Notes: generated from the letters alone by a model not told the origin. A DNA stretch of 63,980 nucleotides, filler included, from 7 parts of 7 records of this genome joined end to end with filler, not necessarily neighbours in it; one strand, 5' to 3'; positions 30,282-40,821 are shown, numbered from the whole stretch's first letter. Numbers and translations are program-made.

Positions 30282-32078
30282 TTAGTTTTTACTTACCTTT
30301 TTGAAAAGGCCAAAATGCTTGATATTGTCTACTCCCAGTTCTTCTTTGATTATCTCATTCCACTTGTGCATCTCGGATGCTACAATTCCGCGTTTCACAT
30401 CGTTTTTAAACTTATCAAGCGTTTGATTATAATGATAAATATGGCTGTTATAGATTTCGATAATATCATCTCTGTTATCTGGTCTTCTGTAATTCAACTC
30501 CGATTCTAGTTTGCGCTTTTGAATTTCCAACAAATCAAAAAACATATTGATATATGCTTTTGAATTAGCATTCAGTTCATCATTAAAGTATGTCTGATAA
30601 GGATCAATTATACCATTTAGAACATAATGCATTGTGTTGTTCCGTTCATAATAGTCAAGATAAAGCTTCACATTTAACTCATAAGCAAACAGCCGCTCCT
30701 GAACACCTGCATGCCTTGTAACGGACTTTACTTTAGATTCTTTTACAGGATCATACTTCAGGTTTCTCAGCTTTAGCCGTTCCGGTCTCCAATGTCGGTA
30801 AACGTAATTGTATAAATGGCTTTTCTCGGTAAGTAAACTCAATGTAGGAACTTTATTTTCAATTCGATATTTTTCAATGAAATCAAATTTCTCCTGTGAT
30901 TCCGTATTTATAGCAAACTCTTTAACACTTTGCCAAAACTCATTGTCAATTGGAATGGCTGTAATATCCCGAAAATCCTTATGCATTGTTTCACTAAATT
31001 CAAAAATTGGCAGATTAAACTGATTTTCATGATCATAAGCCTTAATGTAAGCTACTGTTGTAAATTGGCGTTTTTCGCCTGAAACATAAATGCAATCAAG
31101 CGTATAATCGAAGTTAATGGTGTTGATCAATGACTTCTTGTCTTTTTCAAAAAATGTTTTCGTTAAGGTCATTGACACATTTTCAATGTTTCTAATATTT
31201 CCGTAAGGAACAAATGGATGTCTTTCAGCATTTTCGCAGGTCAGCTCTATTTTTTGAACGGTTTTATCTCTGATCTTCACCCATATTTTACCGGCAAATG
31301 CTTTTGTAACGTCGGCTTTAGGAATAAACTCTATTTCGAAAATTTTATCGCCATTTTGCAGGTAAGCATTGGTAAGTGACAAATTATAACCTTTCTTTAA
31401 TTTACTTTTTGAGAGTTGTAAAGGATTGACCGGGAAATATTTGTATTCGATAAATAATTCATGTCTGTAAAATGATTGGGAAGTTTCACTTGAAACATAG
31501 AATATTGACCCAACCGGTTTCACGCCGGTTCTGCCTTTTTTAATTTTCAGATTTTTGAGATCATAATCACCATAATACCCATTAAAAAAAGCTTCGGTAA
31601 GCTCAATACGGTCATTTTTATGGAAGCTTTCGAGCAAATAATAAGTTTTAGCCGTTTCAGCAATTCCATCGCTGGTAATCGCATTACGCCTGAAGTACTT
31701 CTTTCGAATACCGTGCAATAAATCATACAAATAATCATCGTCGGCCAAAACGGTTACCTCATCTATCTTGATTGAACTTTGACGAAGTAAAATTGTCTGT
31801 GGAAATTGTGCTGTACATAAAATTACCGTATCATCATACCCAAGATGTGATATTCTGATACTGTCTCCAACTCTGTTTTTTTGTAATTTAAAATGGCCCT
31901 TAAAATCAGTGGCTGTCCCAAACTTTGTTTGCAAATTGTACACCGCAGCATAAATAAGTGGTTTTTTGGTTTCGGCGTCCAGGATTTTTGATCCGATAAT
32001 GAAATCTTTTGTATCGGTTTGACCAAATGCAATAGCAAAATAAGCCACCAAGGATAAAATTAGTAGGTTTCTTTTCAT
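30282..32078 (-). CDS. Carboxypeptidase-like regulatory domain-containing protein
   Basis: Signal peptide; D.ET..PL.YA, GT.TD..G.F, SHLGY and IDEV.V N-terminal domain. Start moved to ATG 32078. Confidence 0.8.
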   Translation of the reverse strand: MKRNLLILSLVAYFAIAFGQTDTKDFIIGSKILDAETKKPLIYAAVYNLQTKFGTATDFKGHFKLQKNRVGDSIRISHLGYDDTVILCTAQFPQTILLRQSSIKIDEVTVLADDDYLYDLLHGIRKKYFRRNAITSDGIAETAKTYYLLESFHKNDRIELTEAFFNGYYGDYDLKNLKIKKGRTGVKPVGSIFYVSSETSQSFYRHELFIEYKYFPVNPLQLSKSKLKKGYNLSLTNAYLQNGDKIFEIEFIPKADVTKAFAGKIWVKIRDKTVQKIELTCENAERHPFVPYGNIRNIENVSMTLTKTFFEKDKKSLINTINFDYTLDCIYVSGEKRQFTTVAYIKAYDHENQFNLPIFEFSETMHKDFRDITAIPIDNEFWQSVKEFAINTESQEKFDFIEKYRIENKVPTLSLLTEKSHLYNYVYRHWRPERLKLRNLKYDPVKESKVKSVTRHAGVQERLFAYELNVKLYLDYYERNNTMHYVLNGIIDPYQTYFNDELNANSKAYINMFFDLLEIQKRKLESELNYRRPDNRDDIIEIYNSHIYHYNQTLDKFKNDVKRGIVASEMHKWNEIIKEELGVDNIKHFGLFKKVSKN

Positions 32079-32147
32079 AGCTGTTCGTTTTTTAGCAGTT
32101 TTCAAATGAAAAAATACGAAAAACTATCTGAAAATCAAAAAATAAAA

Positions 32148-32209
32148 GAGGCTGTACAAAAAGCTCAAATTCTACGTCAATGACGTCTTCGAATACTTTT
32201 AGACAGCCC
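32148..32209. repeat. Short IS1182-like inverted-repeat remnant / hairpin
   Basis: GAGGCTGTACAAAAAG ... CTTTTAGACAGCC. Confidence 0.5.
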
Positions 32210-32233
32210 TAATAATTTAAGCTCAATTAAATT

Positions 32234-32908
32234 TTACTGTGCTGCTCCGGGATATTTTGTTTCCATATCGAATAAATCAACAGGCATTTCTGCTATATAA
32301 TCGTTAAGTAAGAATACTGAAACCACAATAAAGGCTATAAATGCCAATACAATTAAAAAATGCTTCCAGGAGGTTTTTTGAATGTCGTGGCGGGTTTTGA
32401 TGTCACAAATTTCACCAGGGCAATATTGTGCTTTCTTACCATGATACCATCTATAAGCCAAACAACCCAGGCAAATTCCAAAGGCCGATTCAAAAAACAG
32501 AAAGATCAAACAAATCATACAAATTAAGCCGGTAATAATACTGAAAGTGTTCATGATGACCATAAGCACCATCATTACCACTCCCAGACCTATACCGATA
32601 ATCCAGGCCACTTTCTTTTGCGCCGCACCCACATATTCCGGTGTTTGACGGCGGACAATCCAACGACCTAAAATTAAGGTTGGCGAAAACTTAGGATTAA
32701 TTAGCACACGTATTAAAAAGTCTGCCGTAAAAATGATTACAAAATACTTGATGGGAGCAAAATTTCCTTGTCCGGCCATATTAATGGCAATAAATGCAAA
32801 TAAAAACAGGATTCCGGCAGTCGCTCGTATTTCGCGTTCGTTTAAAACAGGAATGGTGTATCCTTCTACGTGTTCTCCAAATTGGATGGTTTTGTTTTCT
32901 TTAGTCAT
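32234..32908 (-). CDS. DUF4395 family membrane protein
   Basis: NEREIRA.AG, EYVGAAQK, FESAFGICLGC and CPGE.C motifs. Confidence 0.8.
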   Translation of the reverse strand: MTKENKTIQFGEHVEGYTIPVLNEREIRATAGILFLFAFIAINMAGQGNFAPIKYFVIIFTADFLIRVLINPKFSPTLILGRWIVRRQTPEYVGAAQKKVAWIIGIGLGVVMMVLMVIMNTFSIITGLICMICLIFLFFESAFGICLGCLAYRWYHGKKAQYCPGEICDIKTRHDIQKTSWKHFLIVLAFIAFIVVSVFLLNDYIAEMPVDLFDMETKYPGAAQ

Positions 32909-33129
32909 GATTATTAAGGTTAAAGTTTTAACGGATTAAAAGTAATGTAATTTAAGGTATTTTATTCTAATACTATGTTAAATCTTTGTGTGGCCGGGAA
33001 GTAAAATTGAAAAGAAAGGTATTTAAAAGATCTTAGCACACGAACGCTATTTGGGGATGTTGAGGATGGTAATAACACGAAATGAAAACCAAAGCTAACT
33101 GGGTTGTAAATTCATGCTATCGAATGCGC

Positions 33130-33160
33130 TTTGTTTTTATTAATAAATAAAGTATATTTG
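33130..33160 (+). promoter_or_regulatory. Bacteroidota housekeeping promoter (-33 TTTG / -7 TAnnTTTG)
   Basis: TTTG (33130-33133), 19-bp spacer, TATATTTG (33153-33160), just upstream of the CDS at 33172. Confidence 0.7.
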
Positions 33161-33171
33161 AGTCTAAGCAA

Positions 33172-34776
33172 ATGATAATTAAAGCTATGAAAACTAAATT
33201 TTTATTACTCGTTGTATTCAACTGTTACGTACTATTATCTTTTTCTCAACTAAATCTGGAGTGGTCAAAAAGAATTGGTGGTGGTAATGGTCGTTCAGAA
33301 ATACCCGGAGGAATATTTATTGGTGAAAGTGGTAACATCTATTTATCAAGTTTTATTAACAAAGGTGATTCCATTGGCTATTATGCAAGAGTTTATAAAT
33401 ATAGTACTACAGGAGAACAATTGTGGTCTAAAGAGTGGAATTTAGAAGTACATAATAGTATCAATAACACAAGTATAAGTTCTGATGACTCAGGATTCCT
33501 TTATTTACTTGTTAAGACTATTTGGAATGGTATAGCTATTGTAAAATATGATCAAAATGGCAATGAAATATCATCTTACAGCCTAAATGCACTAAAAGAT
33601 GCTTCATGGACGATATCAAATAATGCATTCTATTTCTTAAGAAAAGGTGAAATTAACAACTATGCTCCAAGAGTTTATAAGTATTCATTAGAAATGGAGC
33701 CTTTATGGAACACATCGCTTAGTAATGCAACTTATGTTAATGCAATCACATTTGATGAGGATGGAAATGTTTATTTAACCGGCACTTCAAATTTAACATA
33801 CAATCCTTTTACCGGAGAATATTCAGGTGGTGATTTATATGCGGGCAAGATGAGTTTAGATGGACAAATAATATGGGAAAATAACTATGCTACAGAAACA
33901 TACTATGAAAGTGGGAGGGCAATTGTCATCGACGGGGAGAATCAGGTATATATAACTGGTATAAAGGAAGATCCATTTGTTGATTATGATGTACTGACAG
34001 TTTCTTTTGATGAAAACGGCACCCAAAGATGGGTTAATATTTATGAAGAAAACGACAGTTCTTTAAAATTGGGAAATCAAATAAAAATAACCCCAAACAA
34101 TACAGTTATTATTCAAGCCTACGAGTTAGGAATAAATGACAGTAGCAATATTATTAATTTTGCTTATAATCAAGATGGAGCTTTTTTATGGGAGAAAAAT
34201 CACTACGTGAATACCCGCTATGACTTAAAGCCAACCTCGATGCAAGTTGACGAACATGGAAATGTTTATAATTGTGGCTTTTGGAATGCTCTACCTGGGC
34301 CTCAATCTGCTTATGTAAACGCCTTTAACTATTCAAACAATACGTTCTGCGAAAACTATTATTTATCAACTCCTGAAGCAAATGAAAAAGTCCGAAAAAT
34401 GAGATTAGACGGTACAGGAGGGATTTATTTGTTGATAAGTAGCGACACATCATCTTATAGCGGTAATGAAGTGTTATTAAGAAAATTTAATCACCCATTA
34501 TCTATTAATAATAAAGAAAATATTAAGAGTGAAAAGTATTTAGTTTATCCGAATCCCGTAACAAAAACATCTATCTTAGATTTAAATAATCCGACACATA
34601 AAAAACTTAATGTTGAGTTTATTAGTATAGAGGGTCGTACAATAAAATCAATTTCCACAAACAAGGAGCAATTGATCATAAGTATTACTGAATTTGAAGA
34701 AGGTATAAACTTTTTTGTTGTTTCTGATGGATCTAAAAGATTAGGCATTGGAAAGTTTATAGTAAAATATAAGTGA
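33172..34776 (+). CDS. T9SS-secreted beta-propeller (SBBP-like repeat) protein
   Basis: Signal peptide; D..GNVY.TG / K....G...W repeats; YPNP C-terminal domain. Confidence 0.82.
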   Translation: MIIKAMKTKFLLLVVFNCYVLLSFSQLNLEWSKRIGGGNGRSEIPGGIFIGESGNIYLSSFINKGDSIGYYARVYKYSTTGEQLWSKEWNLEVHNSINNTSISSDDSGFLYLLVKTIWNGIAIVKYDQNGNEISSYSLNALKDASWTISNNAFYFLRKGEINNYAPRVYKYSLEMEPLWNTSLSNATYVNAITFDEDGNVYLTGTSNLTYNPFTGEYSGGDLYAGKMSLDGQIIWENNYATETYYESGRAIVIDGENQVYITGIKEDPFVDYDVLTVSFDENGTQRWVNIYEENDSSLKLGNQIKITPNNTVIIQAYELGINDSSNIINFAYNQDGAFLWEKNHYVNTRYDLKPTSMQVDEHGNVYNCGFWNALPGPQSAYVNAFNYSNNTFCENYYLSTPEANEKVRKMRLDGTGGIYLLISSDTSSYSGNEVLLRKFNHPLSINNKENIKSEKYLVYPNPVTKTSILDLNNPTHKKLNVEFISIEGRTIKSISTNKEQLIISITEFEEGINFFVVSDGSKRLGIGKFIVKYK

Positions 34777-34873
34777 CTGTTTTTTATTTCGACAAATTTA
34801 AGTGAGAAATATAAAATTATTTCACTTAGCATTGCCATTTTTCACTTGAAATTGCCTGTGCATCACTCACGGA

Positions 34874-36007
34874 TTACATATCGGATTTGCTATGCAACAT
34901 AAACCAATCATACAATTCCTGCCCCGGATACACCGACCAATACATGCCATGACCTGCTTCGGGGTCGGCGGTAAATTTTATATTGGCATTTTTATCTTTG
35001 AGTTGATTTACCAGCCACTGAGTGTCTTCAAACTCTACTATTTTATCCTTTTTTCCATGAAAGGCCCAAATAGGAATGTCGATTAATCTATCGATGTTTT
35101 GTTTTATAAAATCCATGTGGCGGGTAAATCCGCTGATGGGAGCAATAGCAGCAAATTTCTCCGGATATTTCATGGCCAAATACCATGTGCCGGAACCGCC
35201 CAAACTAACTCCCGTAAGGTAAACTCTGTCAGTATCAACTCTGTATTTTTTGGTTATCTCTTCGTAAAAATGCTCGAACCAATTGTCCGTAGACCACCTC
35301 TGATTAATAGGACATTGGGGTGCAACAACAATAGATTTGAAATCTCTCTTCCGCCACATTTGATCAGGTATACCGCAACAAAAGAGCTTCATGGTATCTG
35401 TGCCTCTGCTTGAACCACCGTGTAAATAAATAATCAATGGCCATTTTTTGGTTGTATCAGCAGCATAAGTCTTGGGCAATGAATGTATGTAATGATAATG
35501 CACATCTTTTGGATGCTGATTGAGCCCTTTTTTAAAAACCAATTGTTGCTGAACGGAACCATCTGTATTCCACCAGGTGCAAGTGCCATGTTTTTGTCCG
35601 TTACGGTAGTTTTGTGTGGACTCTCTCTGTCCGTTTGCATACCAATATTCATGCAGGCCGTGTCTTAATCCGTTTTTATAATTGGCTATGCGCTCCAATT
35701 GCCCATTTTTATACCACGTTTTAAATGTTCCCTCTCTTGTATTGGTATGGTAATTACACCATAGACTCTTTTCTTTGATGTTTTTATCGAAACTGCTGTA
35801 AGTGCCTTCCATTTGCAACTGACCATTGGGATAATAGTCGCGCACATGATACAAATTCGTGGTTTTATCGAATTGTATTATGCGTTTGTAAACTATGGTA
35901 TCGTTTTTTGATTTGGGAATGTGCAGATAAAATGTTTCTGTGTTCTGAGCATTTATTGCTCCAATACAAACAAATAGTGAAATAATTAGTATGAGGTTTT
36001 TGATCAT
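34874..36007 (-). CDS. MORN-variant repeat + alpha/beta-hydrolase (predicted peptidase/esterase) fusion
   Basis: YY.NGQ....Y.NG..HG repeats; PLIIYLHG, APQCP, GVSLGG and FHG..D motifs. Confidence 0.82.
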   Translation of the reverse strand: MIKNLILIISLFVCIGAINAQNTETFYLHIPKSKNDTIVYKRIIQFDKTTNLYHVRDYYPNGQLQMEGTYSSFDKNIKEKSLWCNYHTNTREGTFKTWYKNGQLERIANYKNGLRHGLHEYWYANGQRESTQNYRNGQKHGTCTWWNTDGSVQQQLVFKKGLNQHPKDVHYHYIHSLPKTYAADTTKKWPLIIYLHGGSSRGTDTMKLFCCGIPDQMWRKRDFKSIVVAPQCPINQRWSTDNWFEHFYEEITKKYRVDTDRVYLTGVSLGGSGTWYLAMKYPEKFAAIAPISGFTRHMDFIKQNIDRLIDIPIWAFHGKKDKIVEFEDTQWLVNQLKDKNANIKFTADPEAGHGMYWSVYPGQELYDWFMLHSKSDM

Positions 36008-36038
36008 GGTGGGTTGTAATCAAAATTAAAATCTGTAA

Positions 36039-36701
36039 TTAACTATTCACAAAAATTTGAAACGTAATCCATAAGGGTAAAAATATAGCCCCTATGATCA
36101 ATATGTTTCTTCCATGTTTCCGGTCTCTATCATTAAAGGCATTTATTTTTTGACCATTAGGTAGCGTTTTGCGATAAGCTCTGATATACCAACCAATGGC
36201 AAATCCAAGTAAACCGCCCAAGAATGCAAAAATATATCCCATAACAATCCAGGGTTTTTGCCCCTCTTCCGGTTTTGATAAATCATCTAATCTTTGTTTT
36301 TTGAGAGTGTTTAATAGCGCTTCATTCACCTCCTGACCTCTTTCTGACAGAATTTTTTGAGCTAGTTTATAGTCAAACGAACTCCATTCATCTGATTTTA
36401 ATAAAATCTCGTACAACTCTTCATTGGAAAACTCAAACAAATAATAATCCTTATCTACCTGATCATACATTTTAACAGCTTCATTTTCCAGCACGCGATC
36501 TGCCGCTTCAAAATCAGATTGCTTAATGAGCAATTGTATTTCATTTTGCAAAGTGTTCCCTGTAAATGTGATATCTACTGCTTGAGAATTATCTACCAAT
36601 TGGCACTCAATGTTGTTTTCTTTTAAGGTTGCTTCAAATTCCTGCGCCAGTTCAGCTTCCTGAAAGCGCTTGTATACTGCAAATTTGTTGTCTATTGTCA
36701 T
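36039..36701 (-). CDS. Hypothetical membrane protein
   Basis: 220-aa ORF with two C-terminal TM helices; DEWS..D and KTLPNG segments. Confidence 0.75.
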   Translation of the reverse strand: MTIDNKFAVYKRFQEAELAQEFEATLKENNIECQLVDNSQAVDITFTGNTLQNEIQLLIKQSDFEAADRVLENEAVKMYDQVDKDYYLFEFSNEELYEILLKSDEWSSFDYKLAQKILSERGQEVNEALLNTLKKQRLDDLSKPEEGQKPWIVMGYIFAFLGGLLGFAIGWYIRAYRKTLPNGQKINAFNDRDRKHGRNILIIGAIFLPLWITFQIFVNS

Positions 36702-36734
36702 TTTTTGAAAATGCTTTAATTATACTAAAAATAG

Positions 36735-37283
36735 CTATTTAATATAATTCATAACTATAGGAGGTGGTTTTAAATTGTAATAAGGGTCGTGTCTTGAGTT
36801 TAATTCATCTATCAATTCTTTGTTTATAATCTCAAAATACCAATTTGAGTAGTCTTTCAGTTTCTTTATTTTACATTTGGATAAAACTATTTCATCACTG
36901 TTTCTATTATCTTTCCACAAATACTCTTTACAATCCCAAAGTCCTATAGTATTTTCATACATAGAATCATTGCTCATATTTAGTTGCCAGTTTATTTCAT
37001 TCTTGAGTTTCGAAGCCTCTTCATCGGATAATTCAGTTCTAGTAAGATCAAAAATAGTGTCGGCAATTGTTCGGCAGGTGAAATTTGTATCAATTTTATG
37101 ACGCAAGTATTTAGTTTTATCTAATTCATCTTCAAATACGACAACCCAATTGGTATCTATTCTTTCACCAAGAGAATAGCCCTTGTATTCAAATCGTGGA
37201 CTCCTTTCTTTTTGGCAAGTCAGGAAAAGAAAAGAAAGGGTTATTGCGAGTAAAATGGTTAGGAGAAGGGGAAGAGTTTTCAT
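36735..37283 (-). CDS. Hypothetical lipoprotein
   Basis: MKTLPLLL...FLTC lipobox-like signal. Start moved to 37283. Confidence 0.65.
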   Translation of the reverse strand: MKTLPLLLTILLAITLSFLFLTCQKERSPRFEYKGYSLGERIDTNWVVVFEDELDKTKYLRHKIDTNFTCRTIADTIFDLTRTELSDEEASKLKNEINWQLNMSNDSMYENTIGLWDCKEYLWKDNRNSDEIVLSKCKIKKLKDYSNWYFEIINKELIDELNSRHDPYYNLKPPPIVMNYIK

Positions 37284-37314
37284 TAGGTTATGTATTATTA
37301 TCAAAGTGTTCGAT

Positions 37315-38289
37315 TTAATTTTCTTTTGCACAATTCCCATTATATGCGCTTTTGCTCAAAATGTCTTGGGGATTTGATAGTTTAATAATATCAAGTAATG
37401 CTTTCTCTTTATCGGGTTGTAGGTTAACGTATGATTCAATTATTCGGTAACCAATAAAATACCCCATGTCCGGATGTGCATTATTGGCATAATTGCCAAA
37501 CCACTTGCCATAATTAGCGTCGTTTTCAATGTCTACTTTAATTTCATTCCAGAGTTCACATTCATTCTCATACCCATACTCATATTTTTTTGTTCTAAAG
37601 GCTCTTTTTAAAATATAATGCGAAATATATTCAGCAGAACCTTCCATTAAGGTTTCGGTTAGCATGGACGGCTCTCCATTCGGATTTTGTGCGGTGTGTA
37701 TGGCTTCGTGAATTACATATAATTCGACATTTAGCGTTCCTAGTATTTCTTTAAGCACATTCGTAAATTCGGACACATCAACCGTTGCGTCGGCGGCAAC
37801 AATTTCAGCTCCAATTAACAGCATGCTTTCATCCTCTGATGATGTTCCTCCCATTCCAACAGGAGTTATTAAAAAACACACATCAGGTATATTGAAATCA
37901 GGATATAATTTCTTTATTTCATTGAAAGCTTTATCTATTTTTTCCGCTTCATTCTTAATGCTTTCAGTACATTTGCGCACCGACTGCCAAAACTTTGGAT
38001 AGCTTCTGATGGCTTTCACGTACTCACTGGCCGTAAACATAGGTCTAATTTTCAGCAGTTCAATTAAACCTTCGCTTGCATTGTCTAAATAAAGCTCTTG
38101 AATAATTTTCACACTATCTTGAGCATTCGCTAAACTGTCATATGCTGTCCAGAAATTGTCAATGTCTGATGTAACAAGCTTATAATCTTTTGTTTGCGGG
38201 CTTGCTTGATTGTTTGTATTAGTATGATTGCTACATGAAAAAATGGCTATAGCCATTAAAGCCACAGATATTTTTTTCCAATAATTCAT
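37315..38289 (-). CDS. Putative Zn-dependent protease lipoprotein (DUF2268-like)
   Basis: IFSC lipobox; HEAIH plus downstream EG.AE; P.DMGYFIGYRI motif. Confidence 0.78.
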   Translation of the reverse strand: MNYWKKISVALMAIAIFSCSNHTNTNNQASPQTKDYKLVTSDIDNFWTAYDSLANAQDSVKIIQELYLDNASEGLIELLKIRPMFTASEYVKAIRSYPKFWQSVRKCTESIKNEAEKIDKAFNEIKKLYPDFNIPDVCFLITPVGMGGTSSEDESMLLIGAEIVAADATVDVSEFTNVLKEILGTLNVELYVIHEAIHTAQNPNGEPSMLTETLMEGSAEYISHYILKRAFRTKKYEYGYENECELWNEIKVDIENDANYGKWFGNYANNAHPDMGYFIGYRIIESYVNLQPDKEKALLDIIKLSNPQDILSKSAYNGNCAKEN

Positions 38290-38506
38290 AATGGTTTTCT
38301 TTAGCTTCATTGCTGAAGGGCATGTATAAGAATAATAACTCATTTACTGCTTTTCCATTATGTAGGGAGTTTGAATGATTAAACCATTCCAAAGTTACCA
38401 AAACAACCCAACAAAAACAACACTCACTTAACCCAATTGCCCGTGTAAACAAAAAAAGGTGTCCTAAAAATATTCGGAGAAGTCCTTCCATATGAAGCAG
38501 CCTTTC

Positions 38507-39349
38507 TCAAGTTCCTACAGCGGTTAATCGAATGTGTTTCACCAAATCCAGAAAGTATGTTTGAGACCATATTTCCATTTTCTTTTGATCAGAAATGAAT
38601 GGTAACATATCTTGTTTGGCCATTTCTATATCTAATCGTTCAATTTTCGATTGCAATAGTTGGAAAAATTGATCTTTTGAAAGGTGAGGTGTGTCTATGT
38701 GACCACTTTGTAATGCTCGTTGCGTAAAATGCTCAAAGTTTAGCTTTACGCCCTTCTGTATATACCATTCAAAATCGTACCAGTCACGACCTTTTACTCT
38801 GTTTTTCCAATTTCGAAAAAGCAACGCATGCATCTTACCGGCAAACAAATCTGGTAAACTATATGTGCGCACGTAAAATGAAAATGGTTTAATAAGTAAA
38901 TTATTTTCTGTGTTAAACTTTGGTGGTGGATTTAAGTCAACTTCAAACTTTATTTTTACTTTTCTATTTGTTTTTAATGCAATATTGTACAAAGCGGTTG
39001 TCTGCTTTAAAAATGCCGATTCAACTTGCGTTTTTTGTTTTTTGTCTTTTTTCAATATTTCCACACTAAGCCCGGCCGATTCAAATTCGGTTTCAATTGC
39101 CTTAAAATAAGGTGTTAATGAAAAACTTTCATCCGTTTTAAGCAATGAGAAATCCATGTCTTCCGAAAAACGATCCATTTGATGGAAGATGCGCAGACAA
39201 GTTCCTCCATAAAAAGCAGCCTTTTCAAAAAAACCTCCCCTAAAGAGCCCGGCCAAAGCAAATTCCTGCATTAGCTCACGGGTTGCATTTATGAGGTCGT
39301 CGTCCGTTTTTATATCGTATTGTGATAATAAATTTTCAAAAGGAGTCAT
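38507..39349 (-). CDS. Type IV TA toxin, AbiEii/AbiGii nucleotidyltransferase
   Basis: FYGGTCLR, RFSEDMDFS, AGKMHA and KGRDWYD motifs. Confidence 0.92.
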   Translation of the reverse strand: MTPFENLLSQYDIKTDDDLINATRELMQEFALAGLFRGGFFEKAAFYGGTCLRIFHQMDRFSEDMDFSLLKTDESFSLTPYFKAIETEFESAGLSVEILKKDKKQKTQVESAFLKQTTALYNIALKTNRKVKIKFEVDLNPPPKFNTENNLLIKPFSFYVRTYSLPDLFAGKMHALLFRNWKNRVKGRDWYDFEWYIQKGVKLNFEHFTQRALQSGHIDTPHLSKDQFFQLLQSKIERLDIEMAKQDMLPFISDQKKMEIWSQTYFLDLVKHIRLTAVGT

Positions 39350-39981
39350 CGTTTTTTAATAAGTTGAATTAATAAAGCTAACGTTTTTCTTTTTTTTGAT
39401 GCTTCGGCGCATTTTTGGATTATTTCCGTGTTGAATTGTGCAATATCAAATTCCTCACAGCGTAGGTTGTCAAAAAGAAATTCTGATAGTCCTTTTACAG
39501 ACCGAATGTTTAAATTTTTGGTGTATACAATTTTATCGCAAAGTGCTTTTTCCGGTGTAGCCATAAGAAAAGCTTCGTTTTCATCCGTTTTAAACCATGA
39601 AACGCCGATTGGATAGTATTGCGTGGGAGCGAATTTGTAGGTAAATACCCCAATTTTATTTTCAAATGTTTTGGCCCTTTTGGTGGTGACAGACTGCATG
39701 ATTGTAACTCTCTCGGGAATGATTCCATGAAAAGAGAGTGCTGAGTCTAGTGATATATAGGATGGTCCGTACAATGTGTTTGCAATAAGCTTTTCGTTCA
39801 ATGGTTTATTTCGAAAGGTTTCTCCATTTACGTAAAGACCTTTTTTTAATTGAATGATTTGCGCTGATTGGAGCAAGCGGGATATTTTATCATTGGGTGA
39901 TTTGTAGTTATCCATTAACGATACTAATTCACCATGACTAAATGGTATAGAGCCAAATTGCGATAGATCAATTTGTGACAT
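39346..39981 (-). CDS. Type IV TA antitoxin, AbiEi-like
   Basis: LKKGLY, PSYISL.SAL..HG.IPE and ATPEKALCD motifs; 4-bp overlap with the toxin gene. Confidence 0.88.
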   Translation of the reverse strand: MSQIDLSQFGSIPFSHGELVSLMDNYKSPNDKISRLLQSAQIIQLKKGLYVNGETFRNKPLNEKLIANTLYGPSYISLDSALSFHGIIPERVTIMQSVTTKRAKTFENKIGVFTYKFAPTQYYPIGVSWFKTDENEAFLMATPEKALCDKIVYTKNLNIRSVKGLSEFLFDNLRCEEFDIAQFNTEIIQKCAEASKKRKTLALLIQLIKKR

Positions 39982-40022
39982 GTATTAAAATTTCTACTAA
40001 ATTAACACTAAAATGTCAAAAA

Positions 40023-40061
40023 TTACACACATAATCGTAAAAATATCGATTATATGTGCAA
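40023..40061. promoter_or_regulatory. Inverted repeat upstream of abiEi, candidate autoregulatory operator
   Basis: CACACATAATCG-N9-CGATTATATGTG (1 mismatch), about 45 bp upstream of the start codon. Confidence 0.6.
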
Positions 40062-40148
40062 AAAAACACACAACAAGCACAGACTGAAGTAGAATTTTGA
40101 CTTTTTGGATACCCTCTTAGCGTGTATTAATCAGTGACGGTTTCGATT

Positions 40149-40568
40149 TTACCGCTCGAAAGTCTTCATAAACCCATCCACAGCTACGCCTTCATCTAGC
40201 TGTAAAACGACATCCAGTAAAGTGATGTATCCCATGTTTAAATCATCTACAACTAGTGATTCTAATTCTCCATTTTCTGCAATTTCAAAAGTGTAGGTTC
40301 CGGTTTCAAAACCTGCGTAAATGTCTTCCGGCCCGGTGGTAATAATATTATTTTGAACGGTTAGTACGTTGGTTTCCAGATTGAAGTTCCAGATAACCTG
40401 CCCTGCGGTGTAGTCGATATCAACGCCCCCAAAGCCTCCACTGACATTTTTTAGGTTCCAGTTTCCGCTTATGGTGGCGGGATTGTTTGTGTCATCATCA
40501 TCTTTTTTGCAGCTTGTGGAAAGTACGAGTGCAGAAATCATCATTAAAATCAAAATTCTTGTTTTCAT
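40149..40568 (-). CDS. Lipocalin-like lipoprotein
   Basis: STSC lipobox; G.W.L..VSGGF.G motif. Confidence 0.7.
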   Translation of the reverse strand: MKTRILILMMISALVLSTSCKKDDDDTNNPATISGNWNLKNVSGGFGGVDIDYTAGQVIWNFNLETNVLTVQNNIITTGPEDIYAGFETGTYTFEIAENGELESLVVDDLNMGYITLLDVVLQLDEGVAVDGFMKTFER

Positions 40569-40650
40569 AGGGGTAGTATTTTGTTGTTTGAATAAATATA
40601 CGGAAAAGGAAGCGTTTTATTGTTGAATATTTAATACTTGTGGTAATCTG

Positions 40651-40746
40651 TTTAACCACAAAGCACACCAAGGTTTCACTAAGGACACAAAGTGGTCGCT
40701 TCTTCTTAGTGAACTTTGTGCAGAATTTGTGTTCCTTGTGGTTAAA
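40651..40746. repeat. Periodic palindromic repeat, CACAAAG family, copy 2
   Basis: TTTAACCACAAAGCACACCAAG...CTTTGTG...TTGTGTTCCTTGTGGTTAAA. Confidence 0.85.
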
Positions 40747-40821
40747 TTAAGGGTCTACTCCGCCAACCTTAACTTTCCGTTTTCAATGATGTATTTTTTG
40801 GTGTAGAACTAATTAGTCAAA

